A DNA stretch of 64,000 nt from NCBI GenBank assembly GCA_051532055.1, contig JAOPTX010000003.1, positions 153,064 through 217,063 on the forward strand. The letters run 5' to 3'. Shown here piece after piece: positions 19,223-27,158 of this stretch (position 1 is the stretch's first letter; each line of letters starts with the position of its first letter). Made by a program: the position numbers and the translations under genes. Source of the stretch: Fibrobacterales bacterium (GTDB lineage: Bacteria > Fibrobacterota > Fibrobacteria > Fibrobacterales > JAOPTW01). The notes beneath the pieces were generated by a model. That model did not search any database, had not been told where the DNA came from, and saw only the letters and a program-made list of their open reading frames with translations.

Positions 19223-19705
19223 TTGGTGGCCTCTAGTTTACATTTCCTAGTAGTGATAGCTTTTCTATTTATTATTGGGTGTAATCATAAATCCAATGTT
19301 TGTGAAAGTGATGTTAATAAAAAAAACATTGACCACGAATATTTAGGTGGTGGCTTTATAAAGTGCTCTTATCAGGTAATAAATGATAGTAGTCATTTTG
19401 AAAAGTATTACCTTTCTTCCGAAACTTTTTACCACAGTAAAAATCTGGGTGGTCTTTCGGCATTTTATAAATCTCCTCGACGTGACTATGCTATATTTGT
19501 TAAAAATGAGGATGCTCAGCTATATGTATTTGATTTGGAAAGTGGTGAGGAAAAAATTGTAGATTTTGATGTAGCTATTTTCCCTGTTGAAGTGAAGTGG
19601 TCACAAAATAGCAAGCATGTAGTTGTTCATTATCGAAATGATGATAAATTTTTGGTAACGAAAACAGTTAGAATTGATTTATCAACAGGGGATGCAGAAA
19701 AGTAG
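19223..19705 (+). CDS. putative cognate immunity lipoprotein of the RHS toxin
   Basis: It sits immediately after the RHS stop (TAA 19220-19222). The frame contains no ATG at all, so the start must be TTG 19223 or GTG 19226, with an AGGT Shine-Dalgarno-like element at 19217-19220. A lipobox is present (LFIIGC, Cys20). Size (160 aa) and position are typical of toxin-immunity pairs. Confidence 0.7.
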   Translation: MVASSLHFLVVIAFLFIIGCNHKSNVCESDVNKKNIDHEYLGGGFIKCSYQVINDSSHFEKYYLSSETFYHSKNLGGLSAFYKSPRRDYAIFVKNEDAQLYVFDLESGEEKIVDFDVAIFPVEVKWSQNSKHVVVHYRNDDKFLVTKTVRIDLSTGDAEK

Positions 19706-20075
19706 GAGTATGAGATGCTAAAATTATTTCCCTGATTTTAAAAACTCTCTCCCTTGAGGGCTTTTTATGTCTCTATTTACTTAAAAAGTCCTGACCAAAA
19801 CTTAGGAATTTCAATATTATCAAACTATTCAATATCAGACTCTTTGGCTGTTTCAGAATTATATAGAGGGTTGATAGTAATATATCTACAGCGCCAAAGG
19901 CTATGATTGCCGATAGATGACTGTGTAATGGCTGAACATATGTCTTACCGTTTTTTTAGCATCATAAGTATTACTGAATTTTTCAGTTATCATTAAGAGT
20001 TTGTTCCTAACCGTTTAAATAGTTATTGTCTTATTATTGCTTAATGTTACAGGATGTCAAACAGGTATTTAAAAC

Positions 20076-20852
20076 ATGAAATTGAATGGATATATTAGTT
20101 ACTTATTTACAATCTGTTTTGTCTTTATGACATTACTCACAAATAATTCATACGCCCAATCAGGATCACTTGTTTTTGATGGCACATACGGGTTTTCTAA
20201 AGAGCTGTTCCCCATATCAATTGGCAATATCAAAGTAAAAACGCCGGTTGGTAAAGCGTATGAAGCGTTGCAAGAGGATAATGAATTTCATTACCAGCTT
20301 CATTTACACGGTTATTATTTCCCTTTTGATCATTTGGGTGTCGGGGCTTCATATTTCTCCTCTCAATCCTCAAGTAATTCAGTAGGTATGGATTCAATAG
20401 GATATATACAAACATCCTGGAACCATACTCGGTATGTTGAACACACTCTATTCATAGGATTAGTATCTGCAAGGTATTCAAATGAGATCGGAGCTTCACA
20501 GATAGATGTCGGACTAGGAGTTACTCAACTCAGTGTAAATGGTGTTTACAAAATGAATTCTGAAGGCTCGTTCATGAGTGTTAATGCACATATCTTACGC
20601 GCTACAGAAAAAAAATCTTTTACCTTGCTGTTAGTATATTCAAAAGCATTTCATATCTACTCAAAAATAGCACTGGTGCTTAAAGCACAACTTATCTATA
20701 GTGACTTTGGAAAAATTAATTTCCCCATAGTCAATTTAGATGTTGAAGGCAATCCTGAGGTAGATGATTCTGGTGAGGGTGAAGAGAATGACTCCGTTAA
20801 ATATACCTATTTGCAGGGCAACCTTTCAGCTGGTTTAAGAGTTCAGTTTTAA
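20076..20852 (+). CDS. putative outer-membrane beta-barrel protein
   Basis: Signal peptide ending ...NNSYAQ. Alternating hydrophobic beta-strand pattern throughout. The C-terminus ...SAGLRVQF ends in Phe, as in OMP sorting signatures. Confidence 0.55.
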   Translation: MKLNGYISYLFTICFVFMTLLTNNSYAQSGSLVFDGTYGFSKELFPISIGNIKVKTPVGKAYEALQEDNEFHYQLHLHGYYFPFDHLGVGASYFSSQSSSNSVGMDSIGYIQTSWNHTRYVEHTLFIGLVSARYSNEIGASQIDVGLGVTQLSVNGVYKMNSEGSFMSVNAHILRATEKKSFTLLLVYSKAFHIYSKIALVLKAQLIYSDFGKINFPIVNLDVEGNPEVDDSGEGEENDSVKYTYLQGNLSAGLRVQF

Positions 20853-20960
20853 TTTTTTTTTGAAAAATATCATATCTATATATCGGTAATAAATAAACTT
20901 ATTTGAACAGAATGTATGTTGATTTTTTATGTTTATAAGATACGAATTGGAGGTCAATAA

Positions 20961-22031
20961 ATGAAATATTATGCTGTAGTACTACTTCTACTTATCGCGA
21001 TGCTTTATAGTGGATGTGATCTTTTAGATGAACAAGAAACGACTTCTGACGTTATTCCGGAACAGACATATTGTTATATCATCGACAGTAATACAGACTC
21101 TGAGCAAGCTTCATCATTTTTAAAACAGCAAAAATGTGATTCTATTCTTTGTGAATCTATGAATGAAAAAGGTTTTTATTATTGCGAAGCAAGTACCATT
21201 GATTCCATCCTTCTTTTTCAAGAATATTTAGTTGAAAAGGTGAATGATAACCCCGCTAAATTTGAAGGTTTTTATATAAGAAATAGATTAAGCAGAGATG
21301 AAGTGACAACTGAAAATATTATAAACGATCATATATCATTCCAGAAAGATGGATTTCTCTCTTGGAAATCTTTTTCGCTAGACTACGATCAGTTACGCTC
21401 CGATTTAGAATTATATACCACACATGAAAGCCGTAAAGATATACCAGAATTTCAGTTGGATAAATATATGTTGTTAGATGAGGGTGATGGAGTTCAGAGA
21501 ATTATCGGGTATGACACAAATCATACTAATTCTTATGGTCTCAGTGATCTTAGGGGGTATCGTTGGGTATCTTTTCAACTGCGTGATCTATCTGATAATG
21601 GATTTACTGTTTATAATACAAGAAGTGATTTAAATGAAGTTGAAGAGATAGACTATATTAATGCCGAACCAGCAAAAATATATTTGAGCGGTAATTGGAG
21701 AGCTGTTGAAGAGATTTGGGAAAAAGATCTTGGTAAAGCATATGATATCTCTTTTGATGAAGATGGTACTCTTGAGTCTGATGACTGGTTTACTGAATAT
21801 GATGAGTATTATATTACCAAAAGTCCAAGAGAAGGAATGGTTTATCAGATGCATCTTCAGAGAGGCGATGTTGTACGAGCTTCTCAAATTGCAGAGTTTA
21901 AACAAGATAGTGTAATGGTGATTTTAAGGAACTTTTATGACAGAGATAAACCAATAGGGCTTGTTGACTCAGATAATAATGGCACAGCACATGGCGGATT
22001 TCCACTATACTTTTATAAAGTCTCTGAATAG
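20961..22031 (+). CDS. hypothetical lipoprotein
   Basis: Lipoprotein signal LLLLIAMLYSGC. No family motif recognised. Confidence 0.6.
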   Translation: MKYYAVVLLLLIAMLYSGCDLLDEQETTSDVIPEQTYCYIIDSNTDSEQASSFLKQQKCDSILCESMNEKGFYYCEASTIDSILLFQEYLVEKVNDNPAKFEGFYIRNRLSRDEVTTENIINDHISFQKDGFLSWKSFSLDYDQLRSDLELYTTHESRKDIPEFQLDKYMLLDEGDGVQRIIGYDTNHTNSYGLSDLRGYRWVSFQLRDLSDNGFTVYNTRSDLNEVEEIDYINAEPAKIYLSGNWRAVEEIWEKDLGKAYDISFDEDGTLESDDWFTEYDEYYITKSPREGMVYQMHLQRGDVVRASQIAEFKQDSVMVILRNFYDRDKPIGLVDSDNNGTAHGGFPLYFYKVSE

Positions 22032-22128
22032 TGAGATTAAGGGACATTGATTGTAAACACACGTTTACCTTAAAAATATTTTAGAATTTCTAAATTTAAC
22101 ACCTTAAATTTAACCAAGTGAGAGTGGT

Positions 22129-22626
22129 ATGGTATCTATCAAATTATTAATTCGTTGTACGATCGTTGTAGCTGTATGTTCAGGTATTTTATTTGCGGGA
22201 GCATATAAAAAACCTGAAGGGTGGATAAAAAATAAGAATCCGCGTGAAGAAGTATTCAAGCAGTTTATTGCTCCTTCATCTCAAGGATATAGTGCAAATA
22301 TTACTGTTCGTAAAATTGAACGAAAAAAGAAACAGCGTGATCAAAAATTTCGACTTATTCTTGATGACTATATTAAAAAACAATCAAAGCGTAAATCTCA
22401 ATACACTATGCTTGTTAAACGTAAAGACAAAATTGGTGGAAACAAAGGAGTTTGGTGGAAGTTTAGTCATGTAAATAAGTCTACCGGTCAGAAAATTATT
22501 CAGCTAAATTTTGCAATAAAGGATAGGAAAGATTTTATTTTACTTTCCTTAGAATGTTCTAAACAAGACCTAAAACTCTTTAGAAAAACTTTTAAAAGTT
22601 TCTTGAATGATGTTAAAATAAAATAG
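22129..22626 (+). CDS. hypothetical exported or anchored Lys-rich protein (possibly PsbP/DcrB/DUF1795-like fold)
   Basis: N-terminal hydrophobic segment LIRCTIVVAVCSGILFAGAY. The layout 'P-E-G-W ... ANITV ... IGGNKGVWWKF ... LNFAI ... FILLSLEC ... F-x-x-F-L' loosely resembles PsbP/DcrB-type sandwich proteins. The fold assignment is speculative. Confidence 0.45.
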   Translation: MVSIKLLIRCTIVVAVCSGILFAGAYKKPEGWIKNKNPREEVFKQFIAPSSQGYSANITVRKIERKKKQRDQKFRLILDDYIKKQSKRKSQYTMLVKRKDKIGGNKGVWWKFSHVNKSTGQKIIQLNFAIKDRKDFILLSLECSKQDLKLFRKTFKSFLNDVKIK

Positions 22627-22786
22627 ATCTCAGGGGGCGTTGGATCTTGTGATATTTAAGAATCATAAAGATGTAGTATAGTGGCTGAACATATGAGACA
22701 ACCGAGACAACAATAGCTGGTTAAATAGAGAGCTATTAATTATAGTATTCCAAAAACAAGACAGATCACTTCGATCTATTTCCTAA

Positions 22787-25036
22787 TCAAATACCCTTAT
22801 GATACTGAATATGAGTCGTTGGCTTAATTGAGCCGTAGATATCATTGATAGCCGATGCGTCACCGGTAATAACCTTCCTAAAATTTTCAATGAGCACAGG
22901 GAGGGGTATGGAAATATTCGTCTGAGTATCTTTATAACGAAGATCAATCATAAAGCCAGAAAACGTATTTGGAAGGTCTGTGACAATATCGGTATTGAGA
23001 TAATTATGAGCACTCAACACCGAATGATAATTTCCCTTTGATTTTTCAATGACAAAGGAGACCTCTTTGAGGTTGGTAATTGTAGCGTGCTTGGTACATG
23101 ATGAAATACAGGTTCCATCAATCACCTGTTTCTCACACCCACTGACGGGGTGAAAAAGACAAAGCCTGCTGGTCATGAGTTGAATAGGATGATAGATACT
23201 AAAGAAGAGATTAAAATCAGTGGGTTTAGTAAGGGAACTGATCTGTTTTTTATTCAACTCATTTGAGACAAAGGCACCCACACAATTGAACTGCTCCTTT
23301 AGGCATTGTAAGCTATAGGAGTTCACGCAATGAATATCGGGTCCCGCAACCCAAGGGATTCCAAGGCGATGCGCTTCAAAGCCGATACCGGTATTATTCG
23401 TAACGATCAATTGAGGTTTTAATTGTTCTAACAGTGCTACCGCCTGAGTATACTCTTCATTGATGAGCACAGAAGGGAACCACGGAGTCAAGAAGTCATT
23501 TTTTTTAAAGAGATCAATATACTTGTCACAACCGTTACTCATAGAGTTGGGTAGTAGAAAATAGATTCTGTCACCCGAATCAGCGTAGAGCTTAACATCC
23601 TCCATTGAATCAATGAGTATTGACAGTTGGGGTGGGGGACTTTTCTCTTTGGTGGCGGTACGTACAACTGTTGGTAGAACAACAGGATCGACGCTCTCTC
23701 TCTTGTCGTTTAACAGGTAGAGGAGCTCATTTTTTAATACGGTAATCTCTCTGAAGGGGAGAAATAGGTTGGGATGTAGTCCGGCGATATCCAGTTCTTC
23801 AAGTGAGTACTCGGTTTCTGCTATGGATTTAAATCGTGTGAGTAACACCTCTTTAGTCAAAGACTGTTTCACCGTCTCAACGAGTACGCTCGACGACTCC
23901 AGAGTAAACGAGCGATTACCCGTTACAACTGTTACCTGTAGCTGTGTCCCTACATCACCCAAAACATTCAGTGTGAGAGGTGCTGGCTGAGCACTCATTG
24001 AGGCAATCTGTCTCTCTATAGCTGTTGTACGGGTCTCTTTATGTGCATAAAACGCACGCACTCCAATCTCTTCGGCCTCTGGTGTCGCAAACTTCTCTGT
24101 TTTAGAAAGGTGCTTCAACGAGTGATCGCGCGGGTTATCAATAAAGAGGTCACTGCTGATAGTACCGGACAGTAGATCACTGGTAAAATCCCGATTAAAA
24201 ACGTTGTAGAGGTCACTATGGTCGTTACTTAAACATTGGTTATCATAGAATTTTTGGAGCTCCCTCCGCCAAGTATCCACCACCGTGTACACATACTCAA
24301 ACTTCTTTATTCTACCCTCAATCTTAAATGAATCTACCCCGGCATTGGCCAATGCTTTGAGGTCAGAGAATAGAGAGGTATCTTTAATGTTGAGGGGGTA
24401 GCTATTTCCTTGTGCGGTGGTAGTGCAGGCATCTCTGCAGGGCTGACTACAGCGGCCTCGGTTTCCGGATTGGCCCCCATGAAGTGAGCTCATAGTACAG
24501 AGACCAGAAAAAGAAATACAATTTGAACCGTGAACAAATACCTCTGTCAGTAATCCATGATCATGGGCGATACCCGTAAGGTGAGATACTTCATCGAGGT
24601 TGAGTTCCCGTGATAGATTGACCCGAGTAGCATTGAGTTTAGCTATAAATGCAATTTGTCCGGCATTATGGGTGGTCACTTGAGTTGAGGCGTGTACTTT
24701 GAGGGTCTTAAAATGCTGAGATAGAATGTAGAATAGGCCGATATCCTGTACGATAATCCCGTCGATACTCGTATTAACCAGTCGGTTCAATAGCGTTATA
24801 AGAGAAGGAATTTCACTCTGGAGTATAAGTATATTGAGGGTGAGGAACACTTCACATTTATGAGAATGGGCAAGATGCAGAACGCCTTGTAATTCATCAA
24901 AAGAGAGGTTTGTTGCACGGTTTCGTGCATTAAATGAACTCAGTCCACAATATACGGCATTCGCACCAGCTACAATAGCTGCTTTAATAGAATCCAGGTC
25001 TCCACCAGGTGCCAGTAACTCAATTTCTCTCTTCAT
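22787..25036 (-). CDS. peptidase U32 family protein, long form with C-terminal extension
   Basis: The N-terminus ELLAPGGDLDSIKAAIVAGANAVYCG...FNARNRA is typical of U32. The U32 signature region is EVFVHGSNCISFSGLCTMSSL...GNRGRCSQPCR. EGRIKKFEYV is also present. Confidence 0.88.
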   Translation of the reverse strand: MKREIELLAPGGDLDSIKAAIVAGANAVYCGLSSFNARNRATNLSFDELQGVLHLAHSHKCEVFLTLNILILQSEIPSLITLLNRLVNTSIDGIIVQDIGLFYILSQHFKTLKVHASTQVTTHNAGQIAFIAKLNATRVNLSRELNLDEVSHLTGIAHDHGLLTEVFVHGSNCISFSGLCTMSSLHGGQSGNRGRCSQPCRDACTTTAQGNSYPLNIKDTSLFSDLKALANAGVDSFKIEGRIKKFEYVYTVVDTWRRELQKFYDNQCLSNDHSDLYNVFNRDFTSDLLSGTISSDLFIDNPRDHSLKHLSKTEKFATPEAEEIGVRAFYAHKETRTTAIERQIASMSAQPAPLTLNVLGDVGTQLQVTVVTGNRSFTLESSSVLVETVKQSLTKEVLLTRFKSIAETEYSLEELDIAGLHPNLFLPFREITVLKNELLYLLNDKRESVDPVVLPTVVRTATKEKSPPPQLSILIDSMEDVKLYADSGDRIYFLLPNSMSNGCDKYIDLFKKNDFLTPWFPSVLINEEYTQAVALLEQLKPQLIVTNNTGIGFEAHRLGIPWVAGPDIHCVNSYSLQCLKEQFNCVGAFVSNELNKKQISSLTKPTDFNLFFSIYHPIQLMTSRLCLFHPVSGCEKQVIDGTCISSCTKHATITNLKEVSFVIEKSKGNYHSVLSAHNYLNTDIVTDLPNTFSGFMIDLRYKDTQTNISIPLPVLIENFRKVITGDASAINDIYGSIKPTTHIQYHKGI

Positions 25037-25113
25037 GATGGCAATTGTAGCATTTTGATTGATAATTGTGATGGGTTACCTGGGTAAGTACCCTTGTATT
25101 TCGTGAGTAACGC

Positions 25114-26862
25114 CTAAATACGAGCCTGATAGGTAAAGAGCTCATGATATCGGCCTTCCAAAGCGATAAGCTCGTCATGAGTACCGCGCTCAGCAACGGA
25201 GCCCCGCTCAATAACCAGGATTTGGTCCGCTTTGCGAATAGTACTCAACCGGTGAGCAATAACAAACGTTGTTCTCCCTTTCATCAATTCAGTTAAACTT
25301 TTCTGAATCATTGATTCACTTTCGGTATCAAGATTCGAGGTGGCCTCATCAAGGATCAGGATTTTCGGGTCCGCTAACAGTGCTCGAGCTATGGCAATTC
25401 TTTGACGCTGACCTCCAGAAAGTTTCACTCCCCGTTCACCGATAACGGTTTCTAAGCCTTTTTCAAATCGGTCAGTAAATTCGTTCACATAGCCTGCTGC
25501 TACTGCTGCAAGAACTTCATCTTCACTGGCGTCAGGGCGAGGGAAACAGATGTTTTCTCGTATGGTACCTTCAAAGAGGAAGTCATCCTGTAAGACGACA
25601 CCAAGGTGTTTCCGATAACTTTCGAGCGTGACCTTAGACAGATCAGTTCCGTCTATAGTTATGGTTCCGGTCTCTGGGTTTAGAAATGAAGAAACCAGAC
25701 CTGCAATGGTACTCTTGCCTGATCCGGAAGAGCCAACAAGGGCAGTGACTGAGCCAGCTGGTGCTTCAAGTGAGACATTATTGAGCACTGTTTTCTCTTC
25801 GTGATAGTGAAAGGAAACATCATCAAATAGGACATCACCTTCAACTTTTCCGAGGGCAATAGTGCGGTGCTCTGAGTCATGCTCAGATTCAAAATTCATG
25901 AGTTCTTCGGTGCGATCAAGACCGGCAAAGCCTTCAGTAAGTTGACTCCCAATATTACTCATCTGAACAATGGGGGCTATGAGAAAGCCTAGATAAATGG
26001 TGAAGGCAATAAAATCCCCAACGGTCAGTTCATTATGCATCATCATATAGCCTCCGATACCCATAATTCCAGCAGATGCGGTACCGAGGAGTAGGGCAGA
26101 GGAACTGGTGACAATTGCAGTGGAGGTCAAACTCTGCTTGATGTTATTGTAAAGGGCAAAGACCCCTTTCTCGAAGGTGAGGATTTCATGGGCTTCTGCA
26201 TTAAACCCTTTTATGACTCTGATGCCGTTCAATGTTTCGGTGAGTCGACCAGTTACTTCTGCATTGATTTTACCGCGTTCCCGAAAGATTGGGCGGATAA
26301 ACGCAAATGCCTTCATGGCGATAAATCCAAAGATTGCTATAGGTATCAAAATGTATGCAGTCATGGTAGGACTGATACTTATAAGGAGCCCCAATGATAT
26401 TATTGAGGTTAAAGTACCCCCAACTAATTGGACGAGACCGGTGCCGACAAGGTTACGCACCCCTTCAACATCGGTCATTATGCGGGAGACGAGCTCGCCT
26501 GATTTACTATTGTCAAAAAAGTGAACAGGGAGACTCAGTACTTTTTGCTGAACCTTCACACGGAGTTGGGCTATAAGCCGCTGTGCTTCAACGCTCAGTA
26601 AACGGGTGAGCAAAAAAGAGGTGATTGACTGAATGATAATAGCAGCGCCCACCCAGGTTATGATAGTGACGAGCTTTTCAAAGTCTTTCTGCATAACCAC
26701 TTCATCCATAAGGTATTTTGTGGCGCCGGGAAGTACGAGGCCGGCCAATCGACTAATAATGATGAGGATAAGCCCCACAAAAAGAAGCTTTCTTCTGGGC
26801 CAGATAATTGTTTTGAACACACTGCCGATACTTACCCGTTTATTACTCATACTTGCTCCCAA
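25114..26862 (-). CDS. ABC transporter, fused permease/ATPase (MsbA-like type I exporter)
   Basis: Six-helix N-terminal TMD. Walker A is GSSGSGKST, the ABC signature is LSGGQRQRIAIARA, Walker B is ILILDEATS, and the H-loop is AHRL. Confidence 0.95.
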   Translation of the reverse strand: MGASMSNKRVSIGSVFKTIIWPRRKLLFVGLILIIISRLAGLVLPGATKYLMDEVVMQKDFEKLVTIITWVGAAIIIQSITSFLLTRLLSVEAQRLIAQLRVKVQQKVLSLPVHFFDNSKSGELVSRIMTDVEGVRNLVGTGLVQLVGGTLTSIISLGLLISISPTMTAYILIPIAIFGFIAMKAFAFIRPIFRERGKINAEVTGRLTETLNGIRVIKGFNAEAHEILTFEKGVFALYNNIKQSLTSTAIVTSSSALLLGTASAGIMGIGGYMMMHNELTVGDFIAFTIYLGFLIAPIVQMSNIGSQLTEGFAGLDRTEELMNFESEHDSEHRTIALGKVEGDVLFDDVSFHYHEEKTVLNNVSLEAPAGSVTALVGSSGSGKSTIAGLVSSFLNPETGTITIDGTDLSKVTLESYRKHLGVVLQDDFLFEGTIRENICFPRPDASEDEVLAAVAAGYVNEFTDRFEKGLETVIGERGVKLSGGQRQRIAIARALLADPKILILDEATSNLDTESESMIQKSLTELMKGRTTFVIAHRLSTIRKADQILVIERGSVAERGTHDELIALEGRYHELFTYQARI

Positions 26863-27158
26863 AAGTTGTTATACACATAATAGTTGTTATGCCGTATCCT
26901 ATGTAGCAAGTGTAACCCCAAGATGACGCTCTTTTGGATAATAATACAGTTTGTTACACTTTATGATGCCAACAGGTATGATGAACTGGTGGATGGGGTA
27001 TGAATGAGTAAGCACGCTTGATGCGTTAAATTCATGTTTGCCAGGTCTGAATTACAAATGTGTAATTTAAACTATTTGAGTGAATAAACAGATGGTGGGC
27101 AGTACGATGAGCTGTGAAAATTTTACAATTGACCTAGACACATAAATAAGGCATTAAA

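Noticed and set aside
726-19228. Adjacent gene pairs separated by a single in-frame stop (252..728|729.., 12794..19222|19223.., also 42242..47083|47090.. and 55458..57974|57978..), suggesting stop-codon readthrough, fusion proteins or a pseudogenised junction
   Set aside because: Each downstream ORF opens with its own signal peptide, lipobox or TM segment, which makes sense only for independent initiation. The zero-nt spacing is partly an artefact of the ORF caller taking the first alternative start after the stop. Four in-frame junctions out of about six is not statistically compelling. TAA, TAG and TGA all terminate well-supported genes here.
19928-22695. Shared 14-mer TGGCTGAACATATG in two intergenic regions (19930-19943 and 22682-22695), a possible regulatory box or repeat-element remnant
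   Set aside because: For a 64-kb window, several exact 14-mer coincidences are expected by chance (about 8 pairs for random sequence, more with AT bias). The flanks do not align.
27050-27067. Inverted repeat AATTACA-aatg-TGTAATT about 95 nt upstream of the 27159 gene, a possible operator
   Set aside because: The arms are only 7 bp and AT-rich, in a 296-nt AT-rich divergent intergenic region. There is no second copy elsewhere in the window. This is not enough to call a binding site.
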